Positions 1 to 9,039 of a stretch of 64,000 nt of DNA are shown in pieces. Below the pieces are notes generated by a model. It ran no database searches. It was not told where the DNA came from and saw only the letters and a list, made by a program, of their open reading frames with translations. The position numbers and the translations under genes were made by a program. Source of the stretch: a virus. Every line of letters begins with the position of its first letter. The first letter of the stretch is position 1. The stretch spans positions 104,935-168,934 of the IMG/VR virus record IMGVR_UViG_3300034111_001103, one strand, 5' to 3'.

Positions 1-2
1 TT

Positions 3-155
3 ACTAAAGAAGAGTATAAAAAAGTAGAAAAAGAAATAACTGAAGGTCAAATAGCTATTAAAATAGTTAGTAAGATAAAAGAGATATTAGGGGATGGTTA
101 TAGATTATTTAATAAATCTGATTTATTAGATAAAATTATAAATTTAACAAAATAA
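3..155 (+). CDS. 3' end of hypothetical protein (truncated by window start)
   Basis: Open frame TKEEYKKVEKEITEG...IINLTK ending TAA at 153-155. Confidence 0.6.
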   Translation, partial: TKEEYKKVEKEITEGQIAIKIVSKIKEILGDGYRLFNKSDLLDKIINLTK

Positions 156-156
156 A

Positions 157-203
157 ATTTTTATATTCACTATATTATATTATATTTACACATTATTAAA
201 CAA
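157..203 (+). promoter_or_regulatory. putative Bacteroidota-type promoter/leader (-7 variant TATATTTA at 181-188)
   Basis: TAnnTTTA box upstream of the ATG at 226; 181-203 matches 20/23 nt with the promoter/leader at 19777-19799 (-). Confidence 0.55.
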
Positions 204-225
204 AAAAAAATTAAATTAAAAAAGT

Positions 226-1209
226 ATGAATTTACCACAAAGAGAACAGACAAACACAGAAAAGAAATTATATGTAGGGTATGGAGAATCTACATTAGTA
301 GGAATTAATCCTACAAAAGAAGAACTTATGACATTATTAGGCATAGATAATGAAGAAACTATTGCTAAATTTAAAGATCCTGAATATACAGGAGAAACTA
401 CAGAAGGAGATAAATACTTCAGATTAGCTTTTTATGTTAGAAATACAAGAACAGAACAAATAGATCAATTGAGTTTTCAAGTAACAGACAAAGAAAGAGT
501 ATCTAAAGAAGGTAAACCAGAATGGGTTAATCAATTGGGAGCTAATCAATGGGCTATAACAGAAGATGAATTATGGGATAATTTTAAATCTTTTAGTAAA
601 GTATTAAGTTGGAAAAATGTAGATGGTAGTGTTACAGAAAAATATAATGCTGGAGCTAAACCAGAAAAAGTAGATAATTTAGGAGATAAAGTATTTAGAA
701 AAGCTTTAGAAGGAGAAGTTGCTGTATATAGCTTTATGATTAATATGTTTAATTTAGATATATATAGTCAAGATTTAAATCTTTTATTAGATATACCTAC
801 TATGCTAAAAGGAAACTTTAAATCACTAAGAAAGACTCTAATGGACATCAGATTTGATGTTAGTGGAAATGAAAAAACTGTAGTATGTTCTTATGGAGTT
901 AAGTTGAAAGATGATGGAACTCCTGTACAAACTGTTTATAACAGAGCATTTTTACCTGGATATATGTTTAAAAATGTAAAAGCTTATAATCTAGACCCTA
1001 CTAAATTAGCTTCTTTAGTACAAGTTAAAGAAGCTAAATCTAGAAAAATTACTCCAGTAGAAACATTTTTAATAGACACTATGGATGAAATAAATGGATT
1101 TAGAAAAAGTAGCTATTTCTTACCACAGGAAATAGATATTTATGACTCTTCAAAAAACTTTTTAGCTTCTGGAGCAGTTGTAGCTAGTAGTACAAGTGAT
1201 GATTATTAG
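226..1209 (+). CDS. conserved crAss-like replication-module protein, possibly ssDNA-binding
   Basis: KLYVG..VGINPTKEEL...PEY N-terminus, acidic C-terminal tail (STSDDY), located two genes before the helicase. Confidence 0.5.
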   Translation: MNLPQREQTNTEKKLYVGYGESTLVGINPTKEELMTLLGIDNEETIAKFKDPEYTGETTEGDKYFRLAFYVRNTRTEQIDQLSFQVTDKERVSKEGKPEWVNQLGANQWAITEDELWDNFKSFSKVLSWKNVDGSVTEKYNAGAKPEKVDNLGDKVFRKALEGEVAVYSFMINMFNLDIYSQDLNLLLDIPTMLKGNFKSLRKTLMDIRFDVSGNEKTVVCSYGVKLKDDGTPVQTVYNRAFLPGYMFKNVKAYNLDPTKLASLVQVKEAKSRKITPVETFLIDTMDEINGFRKSSYFLPQEIDIYDSSKNFLASGAVVASSTSDDY

Positions 1210-1232
1210 TAAATAAATTATATTAAGTCTTA

Positions 1233-1272
1233 GACCCTCTTATATAATTTAAAAAGTATAAGAGGGTTTTTT
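1233..1272 (+). terminator. intrinsic terminator
   Basis: ACCCTCTTATA (1234-1244) / TATAAGAGGGT (1257-1267) stem followed by a T-run. Confidence 0.85.
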
Positions 1273-1301
1273 AATAATTATAATTAAAAAAAAACAAAAC
1301 T

Positions 1302-1895
1302 ATGTACAACTTAGAAACTTTATTAAAAATAAAAGAACTAGGTTTATCTGTAAGGTATTATCTTCTATTAAAATTAGTAGAAGATAATGCTCTTTTTAAC
1401 TTTAGAGAAGAATATTTAGATATTATAGTAGGTATGAAAACTGAAGGTTTTCTAACAAATACTGAAGAATTAACTACTAAAGGTTATGAAATTTTAAAGG
1501 AAATAGAAGGTAAAAATGATACAAAAGGTATTAATTATCCTCTTTTACATAAAAAACTTCAAGATGAATTGTTTAAACTTACAGGAGAAAGACAATATAG
1601 AGTAGATGGTAAATATTCTTTTTTTCCAAATTTAAAAGATTTCACAGATAAACTTAAAAAAGTAGTTCTAAAATATAAACTAAAAGACTACAATAAAATA
1701 GAAACTATACTCTTAAATCACATAAGAAAAGCTGTAAAAGCTAATTTTAAATATATTCCTCTCTTAGGATACTATATAAGTAAAGATAGTAAGAGTATGT
1801 TAGTAGATGATTATGAGAATTATGATGGAAAAGAAAATACAACTATTCAAGCTAATCACAATACAAGTACACCAATAAACACATTTGATATATAA
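1302..1895 (+). CDS. hypothetical protein, possible winged-helix replication/loader protein
   Basis: wHTH-like LTTKGYEIL segment; TAATG-coupled to the helicase. Confidence 0.45.
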   Translation: MYNLETLLKIKELGLSVRYYLLLKLVEDNALFNFREEYLDIIVGMKTEGFLTNTEELTTKGYEILKEIEGKNDTKGINYPLLHKKLQDELFKLTGERQYRVDGKYSFFPNLKDFTDKLKKVVLKYKLKDYNKIETILLNHIRKAVKANFKYIPLLGYYISKDSKSMLVDDYENYDGKENTTIQANHNTSTPINTFDI

Positions 1896-3028
1896 TGATA
1901 GATTATTTTGATGATTTAGAGAAAGAAATAACAGAAGGATTAAATAAAGAACTTATTTCAATGGGTTTTGATAGATTAAATTATCATATAGGGTTAAGAA
2001 AAGCTACTTATTACCTAATAGGAGGTTTTACAGGTTCAGGAAAAACTACATTTTTAGATGATGCTTTTGTATTAAATCCTTATGAGTTTGTTTTATCTCC
2101 TAAAAATACTAAAGGATTGAAGTTAAAAATCTTCTATTTTTCTATGGAAAGAAGAAAAAACTACAAAATAGCTAAATGGATAAGTAGAAAAATATTTACT
2201 GATACAGGTCAAATTATATCTGTAAATAAGATTTTAGGTTGGGTTTCTAAAGAAAATAAATTAACTGCTGAAGAACTAGAAATAGTAAAATCTTACAAAG
2301 ATTATATAAATACTATGTTAAATAATGTAGTTACTATTATAGAAAATCCTCAAAATCCTATGGGTATTAAAAAAACTATAGATGCTTATGCTGAAGCTAA
2401 TGGTAAAAAAGTAAAAATAGATGAACATAATTATAAATATATCCCTAATGACCCTAATGAGCATGTTATAGTAATTTATGACCATATTGGTTTACAAAAG
2501 AAAGAAACCAGAAGTTATCCTAATGGAGATAAAGTTAGATTATCCTCTAAAAAAGAAATTATAGATCAATCTTCAGAAGATGCTAGAAAATTTAGAGATG
2601 TTTATGGTTATACTATAGTAAAAATATCTCAATTTAACAGAGATATATCTAACCCTATAAGATTAAAAAATGGAGATGTAGAACCTATGTTAGAGGACTT
2701 TAAAGATTCTGCATCAACACAAGAAGATAGTGAGGTATGTATAGCTTTATTTGATCCAATGAGATATAAAATACCTGACCCTATTGGTTATAATTTAGAA
2801 AAATTAAGAAACTCTTATGGTAATAAAATGTATAGAAGTATTAAAATATTAAAGAATAGTTATGGCTCAGATGATGTCAGAATTGGACTTGCCTTTAATC
2901 CAGTAGTGGGAATCTTCAAAGAAATGCCTAAAGTTCAAGATACTACTGAAGAAACTTATAAATCTATTATAGATAATACTTACTTTACACAAAGAAAATT
3001 AACACCTTTAAAAGAATTAAAACTATAA
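1895..3028 (+). CDS. dnaB: DnaB-like replicative helicase
   Basis: Walker A GGFTGSGKTT, FSME, Walker B VIYDH, SQFNR, DFKDS, KNSYG. Confidence 0.88.
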   Translation: MIDYFDDLEKEITEGLNKELISMGFDRLNYHIGLRKATYYLIGGFTGSGKTTFLDDAFVLNPYEFVLSPKNTKGLKLKIFYFSMERRKNYKIAKWISRKIFTDTGQIISVNKILGWVSKENKLTAEELEIVKSYKDYINTMLNNVVTIIENPQNPMGIKKTIDAYAEANGKKVKIDEHNYKYIPNDPNEHVIVIYDHIGLQKKETRSYPNGDKVRLSSKKEIIDQSSEDARKFRDVYGYTIVKISQFNRDISNPIRLKNGDVEPMLEDFKDSASTQEDSEVCIALFDPMRYKIPDPIGYNLEKLRNSYGNKMYRSIKILKNSYGSDDVRIGLAFNPVVGIFKEMPKVQDTTEETYKSIIDNTYFTQRKLTPLKELKL

Positions 3029-3897
3029 TGCAATTAGAACTTAAATATCAAAAGACTAAAACTCTTAATATTAAAGAGAATGGTAGGTCATCTGACTGGG
3101 TAACCCCCAATTTTATTATGGGATGCAATGCTGGATGTTCTAATAGTTATTGTTATACTAGAAGATTTGGAAGAAAATATATTTATATTAATACTAATGT
3201 AGATGAAATATTAGAATCAATAAGACAACATTCTTTAAAATTAGGTACTAAAATCCCTAATCAAACAGATTTAAAGTATTGGACTTTTGATGTGGGATGT
3301 GATGTAGATCTTAATTATCATTGGAAAGATTATAATTGGGATAAAGTATTAAAGTTTTTTACAGAAACTCCTAATATTAAAGCTACTTTTGCTACTAAAT
3401 TTGTTAATAATCAATTACTACCTTATGGTAATGAAAAACTAAGAATTAGATATAGTTTAATGCCTCAACATATGTCTGATATTTTAGAACCTAAAACTTT
3501 TAAAATAGAGAAAAGGATTGAAGCTATTAATAAATTTATAGAGCATGGTTGGGATGTACATATTAATTTTAGTCCTATTGTATATACTAATACTTGGAAA
3601 AAAGATTATGAAGAATTATTTAAACTAATAGATCAGAAAGTATTATATAAAGATAAAGTAGCTTGTGAAGTTATATTTTTAACTCATAATCAAAACTTAC
3701 ATAATATTAATTTAGAACAAAATGCTATAGAAATAGAAAACCTACTTTGGAAACCAGAAATACAAGAAACTAAAATATCTCAATATGGAGGAGAAAATAT
3801 TAGGTATCAATGGGAGTTTAAAAATCAATTAATTAATGAATTTAAAGAATTACATAATAATATCATACCTTGGTGTAATATTAGGTATATTTTTTAA
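3028..3897 (+). CDS. spore photoproduct lyase-family radical SAM protein
   Basis: GCNAGCSNSYCY cluster motif, FDVGCDVD, FATK, RIRYSLMP, RIEAIN, HINFSPIV, EVIFLTHN and C-terminal RY..IRYIF are characteristic of SPL-like proteins. Confidence 0.8.
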   Translation: MQLELKYQKTKTLNIKENGRSSDWVTPNFIMGCNAGCSNSYCYTRRFGRKYIYINTNVDEILESIRQHSLKLGTKIPNQTDLKYWTFDVGCDVDLNYHWKDYNWDKVLKFFTETPNIKATFATKFVNNQLLPYGNEKLRIRYSLMPQHMSDILEPKTFKIEKRIEAINKFIEHGWDVHINFSPIVYTNTWKKDYEELFKLIDQKVLYKDKVACEVIFLTHNQNLHNINLEQNAIEIENLLWKPEIQETKISQYGGENIRYQWEFKNQLINEFKELHNNIIPWCNIRYIF

Positions 3898-3918
3898 AAT
3901 AAAAACATAAAAACTATT

Positions 3919-4218
3919 ATGATACAAACAACAGATCAATTATTTAACTATTATAAAGAACATGTTGCTTTAACAGAAGGACATTACGCTTATTTAATAG
4001 ATAAAGAAGATTTTAAAGAAGCATTAAAAAAATTTGCTACTTTACATGTTGAAAAAGCATTAGAACAAGCATTTTTAAATAGTGAAATGAGAGTTTCAGA
4101 AAATGATACAAATGAAACACCTGGTTTTACTAATAATTATGATGATGGTTATGTAACTATTACAGTAAGTAAAGATTCTATTTTAAATGCTTATAATATA
4201 GAAGAAAATATAAAATAA
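3919..4218 (+). CDS. hypothetical phage protein
   Basis: FATLHVEKALEQA...SILNAY pattern of small Bacteroidota phage proteins; coupled to next gene. Confidence 0.7.
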   Translation: MIQTTDQLFNYYKEHVALTEGHYAYLIDKEDFKEALKKFATLHVEKALEQAFLNSEMRVSENDTNETPGFTNNYDDGYVTITVSKDSILNAYNIEENIK

Positions 4219-4748
4219 TGAAAGATAAATATACAATAGGTAATTATTATAAAATCCCTTGTATAGAATATAAAGAAGTTTATAATAGATTAGAGCAAGT
4301 AAAGTTATATGAGTTAAATATAGGTTATCCTACATATAAAAAATTTGAATATATTTATTATTTACCTGTTACTTCAGAAAAACCTCATAGTGATAGAGAA
4401 AATGGACAAAATTACTTACATTATCATGTAGATTATAGATTTGAATTTGGAGAAAAAAGTAAACATTATTTATTTGAAGATAGTAATATTAGATTAGAAC
4501 ATACTAAAAATACTAAAATAGTCTATATGATGATGAAATGTATAAAAAAATCTAATGAATTTACCACTCCTGTAAGTTATATAAAAAACTCTAAACTAAA
4601 ACATAAATGTATAATAAAAGGTAAATGTCCTCACAGAGGTCAAAACTTAACTTTAGAACCTGATATTAATGGAGTAATAACTTGTCCTAATCATGGTTTA
4701 CAATTTGATGCTATAACTAAACAATTAATAACAAATAATGATAAATAA
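4218..4748 (+). CDS. Rieske [2Fe-2S] domain protein
   Basis: C-terminal CPHRG...ITCPNHGLQFD supplies both Rieske ligand boxes (CxH, CxxH). Confidence 0.8.
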   Translation: MKDKYTIGNYYKIPCIEYKEVYNRLEQVKLYELNIGYPTYKKFEYIYYLPVTSEKPHSDRENGQNYLHYHVDYRFEFGEKSKHYLFEDSNIRLEHTKNTKIVYMMMKCIKKSNEFTTPVSYIKNSKLKHKCIIKGKCPHRGQNLTLEPDINGVITCPNHGLQFDAITKQLITNNDK

Positions 4749-4956
4749 CAAAGATTTACCAGGAACAAATAGTGAAACTTTTAAAATTAGATTTACTGAA
4801 GATTGGTTTCAAAAAAGTGAAACAGGTATATACAATACTCATAAATTACTAATACTAGAAATACCTCATAAAAAATGGTATAAACAATTATTACAATTTA
4901 TTAGTTTTGGACTATATGAAGCTCCTATTCAATACAAAGTAATACAAATTAAATAA
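4738..4956 (+). CDS. hypothetical protein
   Basis: ORF in operon context. Confidence 0.6.
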   Translation: MINNKDLPGTNSETFKIRFTEDWFQKSETGIYNTHKLLILEIPHKKWYKQLLQFISFGLYEAPIQYKVIQIK

Positions 4957-4963
4957 AATAAAA

Positions 4964-5803
4964 ATGAATTTAGTAACAAAAAGTAATAATGATTATATAG
5001 AACCTATTCCACATGACAATAATATTAATAGTATTATAAGTGATTTTAATGTGAAAGAGGAAAAAGTAGTTGTATTTGATGCTGATAGCTTACCTTTTAT
5101 TTGTAGTTATCAGCCTAAAAATGATGAATTTGGTAATCCTACAGAATATTATACTAAAAAAAATGGGGGTTTTGATATAGCTGAAGGTATTTTAAATGAG
5201 AAATTATTAGGAATTTTTAACAAAATAGAAGAATATTTTACTATAAAAACCATTTATTTATGTGTAAAAGGTAATAATAATCCTAGAAAACAATGGTTAA
5301 GTTCTTATAAAACTCATAGACCAGAAACTCCAGAAATAGTTAACTATTTGCACAATATTCTTATAGAAAAACATAATGCTTTTATAGCTCCTATAGGAGA
5401 AGCTGATGATGCAATTAAAACATTAGTAGATACTTTAGGAGATAATGCTTTAATTTGTGGAATAGACAAAGATTTATTAACTATTTCTGGATACCATTAC
5501 AACTATTCTAAAGATTTTTATCAATATATTGATGAAAAAACAGCTAATTATAACTTTTGGACCCAAGTATTGATAGGAGATAGTACAGATTTTGAAAATC
5601 TAAGCCCAAAAATAGGTAAAAAATATGCAGAAAAAGTATTAGATATAGATATGACTGAAGAAGAATATAAAGAAGCTGTATATAATGGGTTTTTAAAAGC
5701 TTGGAAAGGAAATGTTGATTTAGCTAAAGAAAAGATGGAATTATCTTATAAATTAGTTAAATTATGGAATTTTAAAGAATTAGAAAATGTTGAAAATAAA
5801 TAA
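4964..5803 (+). CDS. 5'-3' exonuclease / RNase H (PIN/FEN-like, T7 gp6-like)
   Basis: FDADS, YKTHR, EADDA, IDKDL, GDSTD, KIGKKYA motifs. Confidence 0.88.
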   Translation: MNLVTKSNNDYIEPIPHDNNINSIISDFNVKEEKVVVFDADSLPFICSYQPKNDEFGNPTEYYTKKNGGFDIAEGILNEKLLGIFNKIEEYFTIKTIYLCVKGNNNPRKQWLSSYKTHRPETPEIVNYLHNILIEKHNAFIAPIGEADDAIKTLVDTLGDNALICGIDKDLLTISGYHYNYSKDFYQYIDEKTANYNFWTQVLIGDSTDFENLSPKIGKKYAEKVLDIDMTEEEYKEAVYNGFLKAWKGNVDLAKEKMELSYKLVKLWNFKELENVENK

Positions 5804-5806
5804 AAT

Positions 5807-6103
5807 ATGGAAAAACAAGAGCAAATAGATGTAATAATTGCACATCACATGGAGCTAATTAATAAATTAGAACATGAAAAAGCTTTACTAGATTATAATA
5901 TTATTAAGTCATTTAAAACAATGAATCAAGATAATATAGCCTTAATTTCTTATGAATTTTATGATTATATGGATAAACAAATGAAAATATGTGATAAAAT
6001 TAATGAAAAATATAAATATATGACAAAAGAAGTATATGAGCTGAATGAAGTTGATTTAAGATTAATGAATAAAAATATTGATAATTATAATAAAAGTAAA
6101 TAA
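5807..6103 (+). CDS. hypothetical protein
   Basis: ORF with A-rich leader. Confidence 0.65.
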   Translation: MEKQEQIDVIIAHHMELINKLEHEKALLDYNIIKSFKTMNQDNIALISYEFYDYMDKQMKICDKINEKYKYMTKEVYELNEVDLRLMNKNIDNYNKSK

Positions 6104-6106
6104 AAT

Positions 6107-6553
6107 ATGAAATTAAGTAAAAAACCTACAGATTGGATTATAGCTACAGCAAATAATAATGATGATTACTTTGTAAGTGACTTTATTATAATAAATGCAA
6201 AACAATGTATAGACTTTAAAGAAAGAATTATACCTATACTAGAAAATAATGGATTAAAAGGAGAATATTCTGAGCATGGAGTAATTATGTTTGAATTCTT
6301 TGACTCTAGTAATGAATATTACCCTATCATAAATGATTTTTTAGAAAATAATGAAGAAGGTTGGTCTTATATAGAATTAACAGATAAAGAATTTGAAGAA
6401 ATACAAGAAAATTGTGTTATACTAGATAGTTGTGAAAATGAACTTAGAGTAGATTGTACTATTACTGGTATAGATAGAAGTGGATTTTCTTTTAAATCTT
6501 ATGGAAAGTATTGTGGTACAGAACTTTATGCAAATTTACCTTTAAATATATAA
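6107..6553 (+). CDS. hypothetical acidic protein
   Basis: ORF with A-rich leader. Confidence 0.7.
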   Translation: MKLSKKPTDWIIATANNNDDYFVSDFIIINAKQCIDFKERIIPILENNGLKGEYSEHGVIMFEFFDSSNEYYPIINDFLENNEEGWSYIELTDKEFEEIQENCVILDSCENELRVDCTITGIDRSGFSFKSYGKYCGTELYANLPLNI

Positions 6554-6569
6554 AATAATATTAGATAAG

Positions 6570-6611
6570 AACCTTATAATTTGGAATTATAAGGTTTAAG
6601 TCTTATATTTG
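6570..6611 (+). promoter_or_regulatory. Bacteroidota sigma-A promoter with a 12-bp inverted repeat over the -33 element
   Basis: TTTG (6580-6583), 20 nt, TATATTTG (6604-6611); AACCTTATAATT-tgg-AATTATAAGGTT (6570-6596). Confidence 0.8.
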
Positions 6612-6632
6612 AAACTTAATTAAAAGAAAAAT

Positions 6633-6986
6633 ATGGAAGAAAAAATTAATTATTATTTAGTTTTAGAACAACAAACTCATTTTAATGGACATGGAGAACC
6701 TGAAGAAGGAAAACTCACTAAATTTATAACTACTAATAAATTATATGAGCAATTAATTGGTAAAGAAGGTGTTATGTTTTATGAAAATCCTGTAGAATCT
6801 TTTATAGAAGATTCTGTTTTTGTAAATATAGATAAACATTTTAGAAGTTTATTTGCTTTTCCTGAAGATAAACAAGCTCAAGATAGTTACCATTGCATTA
6901 TGTATAGTTATGAAGTTAGTATTGTTTCTAAAGAAATGGCTGAAAAATTAACAGAAATTATTAAATCTTATAAGAATATTAATTAA
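6633..6986 (+). CDS. hypothetical protein
   Basis: First ORF after the promoter. Confidence 0.7.
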   Translation: MEEKINYYLVLEQQTHFNGHGEPEEGKLTKFITTNKLYEQLIGKEGVMFYENPVESFIEDSVFVNIDKHFRSLFAFPEDKQAQDSYHCIMYSYEVSIVSKEMAEKLTEIIKSYKNIN

Positions 6987-6988
6987 AT

Positions 6989-7165
6989 ATGAATCAAAAT
7001 CTAGAAGTAGGAAACTTAGAGTTAATAAAGTGGAAAGATAAACATGATATCCTTTTAGAAGAAATATCTAATCTTTGGAAAGATATAAAAGATGCTATAG
7101 AAAGTAAAAACTTAAGGTTATTAGAAGAAAAGTTGAAGGATAGTGTAGAATTTATAAAAGAATAA
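6989..7165 (+). CDS. small hypothetical protein (58 aa, not in ORF track)
   Basis: ATG at 6989, MNQNLEVGNLELIKW...VEFIKE, TAA at 7163-7165; fills the gap before recA. Confidence 0.65.
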   Translation: MNQNLEVGNLELIKWKDKHDILLEEISNLWKDIKDAIESKNLRLLEEKLKDSVEFIKE

Positions 7166-7180
7166 ATTAAATAAAAAAAT

Positions 7181-8218
7181 ATGGCAAAAGAAGTAAAAAA
7201 AGAACAAAATATTGATGGTTTTCAATCAGAAATTGAAAAATTATTTGGGAAAGGAAGTATTATAACAGCAAATGAAGAAATTCCTCCTGGAGATATTATT
7301 CCTTTAACCAGTTTAACATTATGTAATGCTTTGGGTAAAGGAGGATTTGCTAAAAATAAAATTATAGAAATTATTGGTTGGGAAAGTGCAGGAAAAAGTA
7401 CTCTATCTTGTGATGCTATAGCAAATGATCAAAAAACATATGGAGATAATTGTCTTTTAATAGATAAAGAAAATAGTTTTGATAAATTTTATGCTGAAAG
7501 ATTAGGAGTAAATTTAGATAAACTACAATTAGCCTATCCTAATTCTTTAGAAGATTGTTATAGTTTAATAGAAAAAGCACTAGACTCTAGACTTTTTGGT
7601 TTAATTGTAGTAGATTCTTTAACTTCTTTTCAACCTCAAGCAAGTTTAGATAATCCTGGAGGTGCTATGGGTAAAGAAGCTAGAATTAATTCTGATAGAA
7701 TGAGAATGGTTAATGATAAAGTTAGAAACTCTAATTGTTGTGTAGTATTTATTAATCAAATTAGAGAGAAGATAGGGATATTATTTGGAAGTCCAGAAAC
7801 TACATCAGGAGGTAACGCATTAAAATTTTATGCTCATGTTAGAATTATGATTAGAAGAAAAGAAATAAAAGCTGAAAATCAAACTAATACTATGCACTTT
7901 AAAATCATTAAAAATAAATTAGCTCCTCCTATGAAAGAAGCAGAAACTACTATTATTTGGGGTAAAGGTTTTGATAAAGAAAGTGAAATATTTTATTTAG
8001 CTAAAGATTTTGAAATTATTAAAAAACATGGTAAAAAAGTTACTTATAATGGGGAAATATTTGAATTAAGTGATAAAGATGCTATGGATGAATATTATGC
8101 CTATTTAGATGAAAATCCTGACATTAAAAAAGAAATAGTAGATAAAGTGTTAGATAGATTAAATAACCCAATAACAACAGAAGAAAATGGACAAATTAGT
8201 GAGGAAAAAGTACTTTAA
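7181..8218 (+). CDS. recA: RecA-family recombinase
   Basis: GWESAGKST, IVVDSL, FINQIREKIG, GSPETTSGGNALKFYA, KNKLAPP. Confidence 0.93.
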   Translation: MAKEVKKEQNIDGFQSEIEKLFGKGSIITANEEIPPGDIIPLTSLTLCNALGKGGFAKNKIIEIIGWESAGKSTLSCDAIANDQKTYGDNCLLIDKENSFDKFYAERLGVNLDKLQLAYPNSLEDCYSLIEKALDSRLFGLIVVDSLTSFQPQASLDNPGGAMGKEARINSDRMRMVNDKVRNSNCCVVFINQIREKIGILFGSPETTSGGNALKFYAHVRIMIRRKEIKAENQTNTMHFKIIKNKLAPPMKEAETTIIWGKGFDKESEIFYLAKDFEIIKKHGKKVTYNGEIFELSDKDAMDEYYAYLDENPDIKKEIVDKVLDRLNNPITTEENGQISEEKVL

Positions 8219-8426
8219 TGACTTAATAAATTTAAATGGTTCTAAAAATATGTTTAATTTTGGTTACTTTAAAAATATAAGTTATAATGATAATGAATTT
8301 AGAAGATTATGCAACTATGTTAATCAAAAGTTTAGAGATATAGGAACTTTTTTAGATAAAGAAGATGTTAATGATATAGAATTATTAAAAGAATCTAGAG
8401 AACAGGGATTAGAAAAAGAAGATTAG
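8187..8426 (+). CDS. hypothetical protein
   Basis: ORF overlapping the recA 3' end. Confidence 0.55.
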   Translation: MDKLVRKKYFNDLINLNGSKNMFNFGYFKNISYNDNEFRRLCNYVNQKFRDIGTFLDKEDVNDIELLKESREQGLEKED

Positions 8427-8433
8427 AAAATAT

Positions 8434-9039
8434 ATGATAGAAGAAAGAAAAAAAGTAAATTTACATAGTCTTAGATATAATCTGGCTACTAAATACTTGA
8501 TAAATACCTTAGATATTAATTCTAAAGGGGTTACTTTTAAGTTATTGAAAGAATTAGGATTTGTTAATGCTTATCTTATAGATGTTGGATATGATCATAA
8601 AGTATCTGATACTTTAACTTTAATATTTTCTATTCCTAACTCTTTCAAAGATAATTTCTTTAACTTTATTAAAGAGTTAGAAAAAGATGTACCTAATTAT
8701 CTTTTACATTATGAAATAGATATTAATACTTATGGGGTTCTTTTTAAAATATCTGAAAAATATAAATATATAATACCTTTATTTTTAGAGGGTAAATATT
8801 CTAAATTTGGTAAAGGATATGCTGATTTTTTTAAAGAAGTTAGTGGAGGAAAAGTTAACTATTTATCACAATATAAGATTATCCTAAAAGACAAGGATTA
8901 TCAATATGCTTTAGAAAATAAAATAGGAGCAGATATAGGAGAACTAGATGATAGAGAATTAGATAGTTCTCCTGATGAAAAAGATTATATATTTGATTAT
9001 GAACAACTTATAAAAGAACAAGAAAATGCAAGTAGATAA
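8434..9039 (+). CDS. conserved crAss-like hypothetical protein
   Basis: FVNAYL...FLEGKYSKF pattern. Confidence 0.6.
   Translation: MIEERKKVNLHSLRYNLATKYLINTLDINSKGVTFKLLKELGFVNAYLIDVGYDHKVSDTLTLIFSIPNSFKDNFFNFIKELEKDVPNYLLHYEIDINTYGVLFKISEKYKYIIPLFLEGKYSKFGKGYADFFKEVSGGKVNYLSQYKIILKDKDYQYALENKIGADIGELDDRELDSSPDEKDYIFDYEQLIKEQENASR

Noticed and set aside
1223-1232. TTAAGTCTTA also present at 6596-6605
   Set aside because: An AT-rich 10-mer in different positional contexts; cannot be distinguished from chance.
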